From: Bugula neritina
Lineage: Eukaryota > Animalia > Bryozoa
Assembly (NCBI GenBank): GCA_964035545.1
Contig: OZ037769.1
Span: forward strand, 9,826,633 to 9,890,632
Direction: 5' to 3'
Length of the DNA stretch: 64,000 nucleotides
Shown here: positions 17,501-31,299 of the stretch, one piece after another
Position numbering within the stretch: position 1 is the first letter of the stretch
Layout of the letters: each line of letters starts with the position of its first letter
Made by a program: the position numbers and the translations under genes
The notes under the pieces: generated by a model
Told to the model about the DNA's origin: nothing
The model's input: the letters and a program-made list of their open reading frames with translations, nothing else
The model's database searches: none

Positions 17501-20500
17501 CGTACCCAATAGTGCTACAAACAGAACAAATGTGCTTAACAGTGCCCAAATGTGGTAAAACATGCCGTAATATGCTCAATTGTGCCAAGTACACTACTGG
17601 TACCCAAAAGTGCCCACAGGTTCTGAAACACGCATAATAGTGCTAATAGTTAAACCACTGCGCAAAACAGTGCCGAAATGTGCTAAAACATGCCGAAATG
17701 TGCTTAATTCAACCAAATATGCTAATAGTACCAATGAGTGCCCAGAAGTTCTGAAACGCACCCAATGGTGCTACAAACAGAACAAATGTGCTTAACAGTG
17801 CCCAAATATGCTAATACATGCCCAAATGTGCTAAATTGAGCCAAATAGGCTAATAGTTCCAATAATTGCCCAGAAGTTCGGAAACGCGCCCAATAGTGCT
17901 AGTAGTAGAACTACTGTGCTGAACAGTGCCCAAATGTGCTGAAACATGTCAAAATGAGCTGAAACATGCCCTAATGTCCTAAATTGAGCCAAAAAAACTA
18001 CTAGTACCGATGAGTGCCTAGAGGTTTTGAAATGCGCCCAATAGTGCTAATAGTAGAACTACTGTGCCCAACAGTGCCAAAATGTGCTAAATTGAGCCAA
18101 ATATGCTAATAGTACCTATAAGTGCCCAGAAGTACTGAAACGCACCCAATAGTGCTACAAACAAAACAAATGTGCCTAACAGTGCCCAAATGTGCTAAAA
18201 CATGCCAAAATGTGCTAAAACATGCCCAAGTGTGCCAAATTGAGCCAAATATGCGAATAGTACCAATAAGTGCTCAGAAGTTCTGAATCGCACCCAATAG
18301 TGCTACAAACAAAACAAATGTGCTTAACAGTGCCCAAATGTGGTTAAACTTGCCCTAATGTGCTATATTGAGCCAAATATGCTAATAGTACCAATGAGTG
18401 CACGGAAGTTCTGAAACGCACCGAATAGTGCTACAAACAAAACAACTGTGCTTCACAGTGCCCAAATAAGCTAAAACATGCCCTAATGTGCTAAATCGAG
18501 CCAAATATACTACTAGTACCAATAAGTGCCCAGAAGTTCTGAAACGCACCCAATGGTGCTACAAACAGAACAAATGTGCTTAACAGTGCCCAAATATGCT
18601 AAAACATGCCCAAATGTGCTAAATTGAGCCAAATAGGCTAATAGTTCCAATAATTGCCCAGAAGTTCGGAAACGCGCCCAATAGTGCTAGTAGTAGAACT
18701 ACTGTGCTGAACAGTGCCCAAATGTGCTGAAACATGCCGAAATGTGCTAAAAAACGCCCTAATGTGCTAAATTGATCCAAATTTACTCCTAGTACTAATG
18801 AGTGCCTAGAGGTTCTGAAACGTGCACAATAGTGCTAATAGGAGAACTACTGTGCTCAACAGTGCCCAAATGTGCTAAAACATGCCGAAATGTGCTAAAT
18901 TGAGCCAAATATGCTAATAGTACGAATAAGTGCTCAGAAGTTCTGAACCGCACCCAATGGTGCTACAAACAAAACAAATGTGCTTAACAGTGCCCAAATG
19001 TGGTAAAACTTGCCCTAATATGCTAAATTGAGTCAAATGTGCTAATGGTACCAATAAATGCTCAGAAAGTCTGAACCGCACCCAATAGTGCTACAAACAA
19101 AACAAATGTGCTTAACAGTGCCGAAATGTGGTAAAACATGTCCAAATGTGCTAAATTGAGCCAAATACGCTAATAGTTCCAATAATTGCCCAGAAGTTCG
19201 GAAACGCGCCCAATAGTGCTAGTAGTAGAACTACTGTGCTGAACAGTGCCCAAATGTGCTGAAACATGTCAAAATGTGCTGAAACATGCCCTAATGTCCT
19301 AAATTGAGCCAAAAAAACAACTAGTACCGATGAGTGCCTAGAGGTTTTGAAATGCGCCCAATAGTGCTAATAGTAGAACTACTGTGCCCAACAGTGCCAA
19401 AATGTGCTAAATTGAGCCAAATATGCTAATAGTACCTATAAGTGCCCAGAAGTACTAAAACGCACCCAATAGTGCTACAAACAAAACAAATGTGCCTAAC
19501 AGTGCCCAAATGTGCTAAAACATGCCAAAATGTGCTAAAACATGCCCAAGTGTGCCAAATTGAGCCAAATATGCGAATAGTACCAATAAGTGCTCAGAAG
19601 TTCTGAACCGCGCCCAATAGTGCTACAAACAAAACAAATGTGCCTAACAGTGCCCAAATGTGGTAAAACTTGCCCTAATGTGCTAAATTGAGTCAAATGT
19701 GCTAATAGTACCAATAAGTGCTCAGAAATTCTGAACCGCACCCAATAGTGCTACAAACAAAACAAATGTGCTTAACAGTGCCCAAATGTGGTTAAACTTG
19801 CCCTAATGTGCTATATTGAGCCAAATATGCTAATAGTACCAATGAGTGCACGGAAGTTCTGAAACGCACCGAATAGTGCTACAAACAAAACAACTGTGCT
19901 TCACAGTGCCCAAATAAGCTAAAACATGCCCTAATGTGCTAAATCGAGCCAAATATACTACTAGTACCAATAAGTGCCCAGAGGTTCTGAAACGCGCCCA
20001 ATAGTGCTAATAGTTGAAATACTGTGCTGAACAGTGCCTAAATGTGCTAAAACATGCCGAAATGTGCTAAAAAACGCCCTAATGTGCTAAATTGATCCAA
20101 ATTTACTCCTAGTACTAATGAGTGCCTAGAGGTTCTGAAACGTGCACAATAGTGCTAATAGGAGAACTACTGTGCTGAACAGTGCCCAAATGTGCTGAAA
20201 CATGTCAAAATGAGCTGAAACATGCCCTAATGTCCTAAATTGAGCCAAAAAAACTACTAGTACCGATGAGTGCCTAGAGGTTTTGAAATGCGCCCAATAG
20301 TGCTAATAGTAGAACTACTGTGCCCAACAGTGCCAAAATGTGCTAAATTGAGCCAAATATGCTAATAGTACCTATAAGTGCCCAGAAGTACTGAAACGCA
20401 CCCAATAGTGCTACAAACAAAACAAATGTGCCTAACAGTGCCCAAATGTGCTAAAACATGCCAAAATGTGCTAAAACATGCCCAAGTGTGCCAAATTGAG

Positions 20501-23500
20501 CCAAATATGCGAATAGTACCAATAAGTGCTCAGAAGTTCTGAATCGCACCCAATAGTGCTACAAACAAAACAAATGTGCTTAACAGTGCCCAAATGTGGT
20601 TAAACTTGCCCTAATGTGCTATATTGAGCCAAATATGCTAATAGTACCAATGAGTGCACGGAAGTTCTGAAACGCACCGAATAGTGCTACAAACAAAACA
20701 ACTGTGCTTCACAGTGCCCAAATAAGCTAAAACATGCCCTAATGTGCTAAATCGAGCCAAATATACTACTAGTACCAATAAGTGCCCAGAAGTTCTGAAA
20801 CGCACCCAATGGTGCTACAAACAGAACAAATGTGCTTAACAGTGCCCAAATATGCTAAAACATGCCCAAATGTGCTAAATTGAGCCAAATAGGCTAATAG
20901 TTCCAATAATTGCCCAGAAGTTCGGAAACGCGCCCAATAGTGCTAGTAGTAGAACTACTGTGCTGAACAGTGCCCAAATGTGCTGAAACATGCCGAAATG
21001 TGCTAAAAAACGCCCTAATGTGCTAAATTGATCCAAATTTACTCCTAGTACTAATGAGTGCCTAGAGGTTCTGAAACGTGCACAATAGTGCTAATAGGAG
21101 AACTACTGTGCTCAACAGTGCCCAAATGTGCTAAAACATGCCGAAATGTGCTAAATTGAGCCAAATATGCTAATAGTACGAATAAGTGCTCAGAAGTTCT
21201 GAACCGCACCCAATGGTGCTACAAACAAAACAAATGTGCTTAACAGTGCCCAAATGTGGTAAAACTTGCCCTAATATGCTAAATTGAGTCAAATGTGCTA
21301 ATGGTACCAATAAATGCTCAGAAAGTCTGAACCGCACCCAATAGTGCTACAAACAAAACAAATGTGCTTAACAGTGCCGAAATGTGGTAAAACATGTCCA
21401 AATGTGCTAAATTGAGCCAAATACGCTAATAGTTCCAATAATTGCCCAGAAGTTCGGAAACGCGCCCAATAGTGCTAGTAGTAGAACTACTGTGCTGAAC
21501 AGTGCCCAAATGTGCTGAAACATGTCAAAATGTGCTGAAACATGCCCTAATGTCCTAAATTGAGCCAAAAAAACAACTAGTACCGATGAGTGCCTAGAGG
21601 TTTTGAAATGCGCCCAATAGTGCTAATAGTAGAACTACTGTGCCCAACAGTGCCAAAATGTGCTAAATTGAGCCAAATATGCTAATAGTACCTATAAGTG
21701 CCCAGAAGTACTAAAACGCACCCAATAGTGCTACAAACAAAACAAATGTGCCTAACAGTGCCCAAATGTGCTAAAACATGCCAAAATGTGCTAAAACATG
21801 CCCAAGTGTGCCAAATTGAGCCAAATATGCGAATAGTACCAATAAGTGCTCAGAAGTTCTGAACCGCGCCCAATAGTGCTACAAACAAAACAAATGTGCC
21901 TAACAGTGCCCAAATGTGGTAAAACTTGCCCTAATGTGCTAAATTGAGTCAAATGTGCTAATAGTACCAATAAGTGCTCAGAAATTCTGAACCGCACCCA
22001 ATAGTGCTACAAACAAAACAAATGTGCTTAACAGTGCCCAAATGTGGTTAAACTTGCCCTAATGTGCTATATTGAGCCAAATATGCTAATAGTACCAATG
22101 AGTGCACGGAAGTTCTGAAACGCACCGAATAGTGCTACAAACAAAACAACTGTGCTTCACAGTGCCCAAATAAGCTAAAACATGCCCTAATGTGCTAAAT
22201 CGAGCCAAATATACTACTAGTACCAATAAGTGCCCAGAGGTTCTGAAACGCGCCCAATAGTGCTAATAGTTGAAATACTGTGCTGAACAGTGCCTAAATG
22301 TGCTAAAACATGCCGAAATGTGCTAAAAAACGCCCTAATGTGCTAAATTGATCCAAATTTACTCCTAGTACTAATGAGTGCCTAGAGGTTCTGAAACGTG
22401 CACAATAGTGCTAATAGGAGAACTACTGTGCTCAACAGTGCCCAAATGTGCTAAAACATGCCGAAATGTGCTAAAACATGCCCAAATGTGCCAAATTGAG
22501 CCAAAAATATGCTAATAGTACCAATAAGTGCTCAGAAGTTCTGAACCGCACCCAATGGTGCTACAAACAAAACAAATGTGCTTAACAGTGCCCAAATGTG
22601 GTAAAACTTGCCCTAATATGCTAAATTGAGTCAAATGTGCTAATGGTACCAATAAATGCTCAGAAAGTCTGAACCGCACCCAATAGTGCTACAAACAAAA
22701 CAAATGTGCTTAACAGTGCCGAAATGTGGTAAAACATGTCCAAATGTGCTAAATTGAGCCAAATACGCTAATAGTATGAATAAGTGCCCAGAAGTACTGA
22801 AACGCACCCAATAGTGCTACAAACAGAACAAATGTGCCTAACAGTGCCCAAATGTGCTAAAACATGCCGAAATGTGCTAAAAAACGCCCTAATGTGCTAA
22901 ATTGATCCAAATTTACTCCTAGTACTAATGAGTGCCTAGAGGTTCGAAACGTGCACAATCGTGCTAATAGGAGAACTACTGCGCAAAACAGTGCCCAAAT
23001 GTGCTAAAACATGCCGAAATGTGCTAAATTGAGCCAAATATGCTAATAGTATGAATAAGTGCCCAGAAGTACTGAAACGCACCCAATAGTGCTACAAACA
23101 GAACAAATGTGCTTAACATTCCCCAAATGTGCTAAAACATGCCAAAATGTGCTAAAACATGCCCAAATGTGCTAAAACATGCCCAAATGCGCTAAATTGA
23201 GCCAAATATGCTAATAGCACCAATAAGCGCCCAGAAGTACTGATTCGCACCCAATAGTGCTACAAACAGAACGAATGTGATTAACAGTGCCCAAATGTGG
23301 TGAAACATGCCCTAATGAGCTAAATTGAGCCAAATATGCTAATTATACCAATAAGTGCCCAGAAGTTCTGAAACGCACCCAATAGTGCTACAAACAGAAC
23401 AAATGTGCTTAACAGTGCCCAAATGTGCTAAAACGTGCCCGAATGTGCTAAATTGAGCCAAATATGCTAATAGTACCAATAAGTGTCCAGAAGTTCTGAA

Positions 23501-26500
23501 ACGCGCCCAATAGTGCTAATAGTAGAACTACTGTGCTGAAAAATGCCCAAATGTGCTGAGACATGTCAAAATGTACTAAAACATGCCCTAATGTCCTGAA
23601 TTGAGCCAAAAATACTACTAGTAACTTTGAGTGCCTAGAGGTTTTTTGAAATGCGCCCAACAGTGCTAATAGTAGAACTACTGTGCTGAACAGTGCCAAA
23701 ATGTGCTAAATTGAGCCAAATATGCTAATAGTACCAATAAGTGCCCAGGAGTACTGAAACGCACTCAATAGTGCTACAAACAGAACAAATGTGCTCAACA
23801 GTGCCCAAATGTGCTAAAACATGCCAAAATGTGCTAAAACATGCCCTAATGTGCTAAATTGATCCAAATTTACTCCTAGTACTAATGAGTGCCTAGATGT
23901 TCTGAAACGTGCCCAATAGTGCTAATAGTAGAGCTACTGTGCTCACCAGTGCCCAAATGTGCTAAAACATGCCCAAATGTGCTAAAACATGCCCAAATGT
24001 GCTAAAACATGCCCAAATGTGCTAAGTTGAGCCAAATATGCTATTAGTACCCATAAGTGCCCAGAAGTACTGAAATGTACCCAATAGTGCTACAAACAGA
24101 ACAAATGTGCTTAACAGTGCCCAAATGTGGTAAAACATGCCGTAATATGCTCAATTGTGCCAAGTACACTACTGGTACCCAAAAGTGACCACAGGTTCTG
24201 AAACACGCATAATAGTGCTAATAGTTAAACCACTGCGCAAAACAGTGCCGAAATGTGCTAAAACATGCCGAAATGTGCTTAATTCAACCAAATATGCTAA
24301 TAGTACCAATGAGTGCCCAGAAGTTCTGAAACGCACCCAATGGTGCTACAAACAAAACAAATGTGCTTAACAGTGCCCAAATGTGGTAAAACTTGCCCTA
24401 ATATGCTAAATTGAGTCAAATGTGCTAATGGTACCAATAAATGCTCAGAAAGTCTGAACCGCACCCAATAGTGCTACAAACAAAACAAATGTGCTTAACA
24501 GTGCCGAAATGTGGTAAAACATGTCCAAATGTGCTAAATTGAGCCAAATACGCTAATAGTTCCAATAATTGCCCAGAAGTTCGGAAACGCGCCCAATAGT
24601 GCTAGTAGTAGAACTACTGTGCTGAACAGTGCCCAAATGTGCTGAAACATGTCAAAATGTGCTGAAACATGCCCTAATGTCCTAAATTGAGCCAAAAAAA
24701 CAACTAGTACCGATGAGTGCCTAGAGGTTTTGAAATGCGCCCAATAGTGCTAATAGTAGAACTACTGTGCCCAACAGTGCCAAAATGTGCTAAATTGAGC
24801 CAAATATGCTAATAGTACCTATAAGTGCCCAGAAGTACTAAAACGCACCCAATAGTGCTACAAACAAAACAAATGTGCCTAACAGTGCCCAAATGTGCTA
24901 AAACATGCCAAAATGTGCTAAAACATGCCCAAGTGTGCCAAATTGAGCCAAATATGCGAATAGTACCAATAAGTGCTCAGAAGTTCTGAACCGCGCCCAA
25001 TAGTGCTACAAACAAAACAAATGTGCCTAACAGTGCCCAAATGTGGTAAAACTTGCCCTAATGTGCTAAATTGAGTCAAATGTGCTAATAGTACCAATAA
25101 GTGCTCAGAAATTCTGAACCGCACCCAATAGTGCTACAAACAAAACAAATGTGCTTAACAGTGCCCAAATGTGGTTAAACTTGCCCTAATGTGCTATATT
25201 GAGCCAAATATGCTAATAGTACCAATGAGTGCACGGAAGTTCTGAAACGCACCGAATAGTGCTACAAACAAAACAACTGTGCTTCACAGTGCCCAAATAA
25301 GCTAAAACATGCCCTAATGTGCTAAATCGAGCCAAATATACTACTAGTACCAATAAGTGCCCAGAGGTTCTGAAACGCGCCCAATAGTGCTAATAGTTGA
25401 AATACTGTGCTGAACAGTGCCTAAATGTGCTAAAACATGCCGAAATGTGCTAAAAAACGCCCTAATGTGCTAAATTGATCCAAATTTACTCCTAGTACTA
25501 ATGAGTGCCTAGAGGTTCTGAAACGTGCACAATAGTGCTAATAGGAGAACTACTGTGCTCAACAGTGCCCAAATGTGCTAAAACATGCCGAAATGTGCTA
25601 AATTGAGCCAAATATGCTAATAGTACGAATAAGTGCCCAGAAGTACTGAAACGCACCCAATAGTGCTACAAACAGAACAAATGTGCCTAACAGTGCCCAA
25701 ATGTGCTAAAACATGCCAAAATGTGCTAAAACATGCCCAAATGTGCCAAATTGAGCCAAAAATATGCTAATAGTACCAATAAGTGCTCAGAAGTTCTGAA
25801 CCGCACCCAATGGTGCTACAAACAAAACAAATGTGCTTAACAGTGCCCAAATGTGGTAAAACTTGCCCTAATATGCTAAATTGAGTCAAATGTGCTAATG
25901 GTACCAATAAATGCTCAGAAAGTCTGAACCGCACCCAATAGTGCTACAAACAAAACAAATGTGCTTAACAGTGCCGAAATGTGGTAAAACATGTCCAAAT
26001 GTGCTAAATTGAGCCAAATACGCTAATAGTATGAATAAGTGCCCAGAAGTACTGAAACGCACCCAATAGTGCTACAAACAGAACAAATGTGCCTAACAGT
26101 GCCCAAATGTGCTAAAACATGCCGAAATGTGCTAAAAAACGCCCTAATGTGCTAAATTGATCCAAATTTACTCCTAGTACTAATGAGTGCCTAGAGGTTC
26201 GAAACGTGCACAATCGTGCTAATAGGAGAACTACTGTGCTCAACAGTGCCCAAATGTGCTAAAACATGCCGAAATGTGCTAAATTGAGCCAAATATGCTA
26301 ATAGTATGAATAAGTGCCCAGAAGTACTGAAACGCACCCAATAGTGCTACAAACAGAACAAATGTGCTTAACAATGCCCAAATGTGCTAAAACATGCGAA
26401 AATGTGCCAAACCATGCCAAAATGTTCTAAAACGTGCCTAAATGTGCTACATTGAGCCAAATATTTTACTAGAACCAAGAAGTGCTCGGAGGTTTTAAAG

Positions 26501-27763
26501 CGCGCCCAATTGTGGTAATAGTAGAACTACTGTGCCCAAACGTGCTAAAACATGCCAAAATGTGCTAAAACATGCCCAAATGTGCTAAAACATGCCCAAA
26601 TGTACTAAATGGATCCAAATATGCTAATCTTACTAATAAGTGCCCAGATGTACTGAATCGCATCCAATAGTTCTACAAACAGAACAAATGTGCTTAACAG
26701 TGCCCAAATGTGCTGAAACATGTCAAAATGGGCGAAAACATGCCCAAATGTGCTAAATTGAGCCAAATATACTACTAGTACCAATAAGTGCCCGGAAGTT
26801 TTAAAACGCGCCCAATAGTGCTAATAGTAGAACTACTGCGCCCAAATGTGCTGAAACATGCCAAAATGTGCTAAAACATGCCCAAATGTGCTAAAACATG
26901 CCCAAATGTGCTAAATTGAGCCAAATATACTACTAGTACCAATAAGTGCCCAGAAATTGTGAAACGCGCCCAATAGTGCTGATAGTAGAACTACTGTGCT
27001 CAACAGTGCCCAAAAGTTGTGAAACATGCGCAAATGTGCTAAATTGAGCCAAATATCTTAATAATACCAACGAGTGCCCAAAAGCACTGAAACGCACCCA
27101 ATAGTGCTACAAACAGAACAAATGAGCTTAACAGTGCCCAAATTTGCTATAACATGCCCAAATGTGCAAAATTGAGCCAAACATATTAATAGCGCCAATA
27201 AGTGCTTAGAGGTTCTGAAACGCGCCCAATAGTGCTAATAGTAGAACCACTGTGCTCAACACTGCCCAAATGTGCGAAAACATGGCCAAATGTGCTAAAT
27301 TGAGCCAAATATGCTAATAGTACCAATAAGAGCCCGGATGTAGTGAAACGCACCCAATAGTGCTACAAACAGAACAAATGTGCTTAACAATGCCCAAATG
27401 TGCTAAAACATGCGAAAATGTGCTAAAACATGCCAAAATGTGCCAAAACGTGCCTCGATGTGCGACATTGAGCCAAATATTCTACTTGAGCCAATAAGTG
27501 CCCGGAAGTTTTAAATTGCGCCCAATAGTGCTAATAGTAGAACTACTGCGCCCAAATGTGCTAAAACATGCCAAAATGTGCTAAAACATGCCCAAATGTG
27601 CTAAAACATGCCCAAATGTGCTAAATTGAGCCAATTATACTACTAGTACCAATAAGTGCCCAGAAATTATGAAACGCGCCCAATAGTGCTGATAGTAGAA
27701 CTACTGTGCTCAACAGTGCACAAAAGTTGTAAAACATGCGCAAATGTGCTAAATTGAGCCAAA
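14563..27763 (+). repeat. Sat2: 128-bp satellite (108/128/148/168-bp variants via copy number of the 20-mer AAATGTGCTAAAACATGCCC), forward arm
   Basis: Monomer AAATTGAGCCAAATATGCTAATAGTACCAATAAGTGCCCAGAAGTTCTGAAACGCACCCAATAGTGCTACAAACAGAACAAATGTGCTTAACAGTGCCCAAATGTGCTAAAACATGCCCAAATGTGCT. Block offsets of 384, 2256, 3127 and 6575 bp. Confidence 0.98.
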
Positions 27764-30700
27764 CAATTCAGCACATTTGGGCATGTTTTAGCACATTTGG
27801 GCACTGTTGAGCACATTCGTTCTGTTTGTAGCACTATTAGGTGCGTTTCAGAACTTCTGGGCACTTATTGGTACTATTAGCATATTTGGCTCAATTTAGC
27901 ACATTTCGGCATGTTTTAGCACATTTGGGCACTATTTTGCGGAGTAGTTCGACTATTAGCACTATTGGGCGTGTGTCCGAACCTCTGGGCACTGTTGGGT
28001 ACCAGTAGTGTACTGGGCTCAATTGAGCACATTTGGGCATGTTTTAGCACATTTGGGCACTGTTAAGCACATTTGTTCTGTTTGTAGCACTGTTGGGCGC
28101 ATTTCAGAACCTCTAGGCACTTATTGGTACTAGTAATATTTTTGGCTCAATTTAGCACATTTGGGCATGTTTTAGCACATTTTGGTATTTTTTAGCACAT
28201 TTTGGTATTTTTTAGCACATTTTGGCATGTTTTAGCACATTTGGGCACTGTTAAGCACATTTGTTCTGTTTGTAGCACTATTGAGTGCGTTTCAGTACTT
28301 CTGGGCACTCACTGGTACTATCAGCATATTAGGCTCAATTTAGCAGCATATTTGGGCATGTTTTAGCACATTTTGGCATGTTTTAGCACAGTTTGGCAAG
28401 TTTTAGCACATTTGCGCATGTTTTACAATTTTTGGGCACTGTTGAGCACAGTAGTTTTACTTATAGCACTATTCGGCGCAATTCAGAACCTCTGGGCACT
28501 TATTGGTACTAGTAGTATATTTGGCTCAATGTAGCACATTTCGGCATGTTTTAGCACATTTTTGGCATGTTTTAGCACATTTGGGCACTGTTAAGCACAT
28601 TTGTTCTGTTTGTAGCACCAATTGGTGTGTTTCAGTATATCTCGGCACTTATTGGTACTATTAGCATATTTGGCTCAATTTAAATCATTTGGGCATGTTT
28701 TAGCTTATTTGGGCATGTTTCAGCCCATTTTGGCATGTTTTAGCACATTTGGGCACTGTTAAGCACATTTGTTCTGTTTGTAGAACTATTGGGTGTGTTT
28801 CAGTACTTCTGGGCACTTATTGGTACTATTAGCATATTTGGCTCAGATTAGCACATTTGGGCATGTTTTAGCACATTTGGGCACTGTTGAGCACAGTAGT
28901 TCTACTATTAGCACTAATGGGCTCGTTTAACAACTTCTGGGCATTTATTGGTACTAGTAGTATATTTGGTTCAATTTAGCACATTCGGGCACTGTTGAGC
29001 ACAGTAGTTCTACTATTAGCACTATTGGGCGCGTTTCACAATTTCTGGGCACTTATTGGTACTAGTAGTATATTTGGCTCAATTTAGCACATTTGGGCAT
29101 TTTTTCGCACATTTGGGCAGTGTTGAGCACAGTGGTTCTACTGTCAGCACTATTGGGCACGTTTCAGAACCCCTAGGCACTTATTGGCGCTATTAGCATG
29201 TTTGGCTCAATTTAGCACATTTCGGCATGTTTTAGCACATTTTGTTTGTTATAGTACATTTGGGCACTGCTAAGCACATTTGTTCTGTTTGTAGCACTAT
29301 TGGTTGCGAATCAGTAAATCTGGGCACTTATTAGTAATATAAGCATATTTGGATCCATTTAGTACATTTGGGCATGTTTTAGCACATTTGGGCATGTCTT
29401 CGCCCATTTTGGCTAGTTTTAGCACATTCGGGCACTGTTAAGCACATTTGTTCTGTTTGTAGCACTATTGAGTGCGATTCAGTACATCTGGGCACTTATT
29501 AGTAAGATTAGCATATTTGGATCCATTTAGTACATTTGGGCATGTTTTAGCACATTTGGGCATGTTTTAGCACATTTTGGCATGTTTTAGCACATTTGGG
29601 CACAGTAGTTTTACTATTAGCACAATTGGGCGCGATTTAAAACGTCCGGGCACTTATTGGTTCTAGTAAAATATTTGGCTCAATGTAGCACATTTAGGCA
29701 CGTTTTAGCACATTTTGGCATGGTTTGGCACATTTTCGCATGTTTTAGCACATTTTGGCATGTTTTAGCACATTTGGGCACAGTAGTTTTACTATTAGCA
29801 CAATTGGGCGCGATTTAAAACGTCCGGGCACTTATTGGTTCTAGTAAAATATTTGGCTCAATGTAGCACATTTAGGCACGTTTTAGCACATTTTGGCATG
29901 GTTTGGCACATTTTCGCATGTTTTAGCACATTTGGGCATTGTTAAGCACATTTGTTCTGTTTGTAGCACTATTGGGTGCGTTTCAGTACTTCCGGGCTCT
30001 TATTGGTACTATTAGCATATTGGGCTCCGTTTAGCACATTTTCGAATGTTTTAGCACATTTGCGCACCTTTGAGCACAGTAGTTCTACTATTAGCGCTAT
30101 TGGGCGCGTTTCACAATTTCCGGACACTTATTGGTACTAGTAGTATATTTGGCTCAATTTAGCACATTCGGGCGTGTTTTAGCACATTTTGTTTGTTATA
30201 GTACATTTGGGCACTGTTGAGCACAGTAGTTCTACTATTAGCACTATTGGGCGCGTTTCAAAACCTCTGGGCACTTATTGGTTCTAGTAGATTAATTGGC
30301 TCAATCTAGCACATTTAGGCCTGTTTTAGCACATTTTGGCATGTTTTAGCACATTAAGGCACTGCTAAGCACGTTTGTTTTGTTTGTAGCACTATTGGGA
30401 GCGTTTCAGCACTTCTGGGCGCTTATTGGTACTATTAGCATGTTTGGCTCAATTTAGCACATTTTCGCATGTTTTAGCGTGTTTTGGCATGTTTTAGCAC
30501 AATTTGGGATGTTTTAGCACATTTGGGCACTGTTGAGCACAGTAGTTCTACTATTAGCACTATTGGGCGCATTTCAGAACCTCTGGGCACTTATTGGCGC
30601 TATTAGCATGTTTGGCTCAATTTAGCACATTCGGACACGTTGTAGCACATTTTGGCCTGTTTTAGCACATTTGAGCACTGTTAAGCACATTCGTTCTGTT

Positions 30701-30986
30701 TGTAGCACTTTTGAGTGCGTTTCAGTACTTCTGGACACTTATTGGCCCTATCAGCATGTTTGGCTCACTTTAGCACGTTTGGGCATGTTTTAGCACATTT
30801 TAGCGTGTTTTAGCACATTTGGCCATTGCTAAGCACATTTGTTCTGTTTGTACCACTATTGGGTGCGTTTCAGTACTTCTGGACACTTATTGGTACTATT
30901 AGCATATTCAGCTCAATTTAGCACATTTGGGCGTGTTTTAGCACATTTTGGCATGTTTCAGCATATTTGGGCACTGTTAAGCACAT
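27764..30986 (-). repeat. Sat2 inverted arm
   Basis: Reverse complement of the Sat2 monomer (TTTTAGCACATTTGGGCATG etc.), more diverged than the core of the forward arm. Confidence 0.98.
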
Positions 30987-30989
30987 ATT

Positions 30990-31299
30990 ATTTTACAGTG
31001 TAATTAAGTATTCCACAGCATACTTAAATATTTTACAGTATATATTAGTATGTTGCAGTAGATTATGTCAGTGGGTTACAGTATATTTTAGTATCTTACT
31101 GTTTATTTCCGTATGTTGTAGTATATCCAGGCATGTTACAGTATATTTCAGTATGTCACGGTACATTTCAGTATGTTGCAGTATATTTCAGTACGTTGCA
31201 GTATATATCAGTACGTTCCAGTATGTTTAAGTATGTTGCAATACATTTCAGTATGTTGCAATATATTTCAGTATGTTAGAGTATATTTCTGTATGTTGC
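30990..31299 (-). repeat. Decayed inverted Sat1 remnant
   Basis: GTATGTTGCA/GTATATTTCA decamers are the reverse complement of Sat1; most degenerate next to Sat2. Confidence 0.9.

Noticed and set aside
14563-30986. CRISPR-like or coding interpretation of Sat2 (repeated 68-83 aa ORFs)
   Set aside because: No unique spacers and no cas genes in a eukaryotic TE context; the ORFs simply recur with the duplicated blocks.
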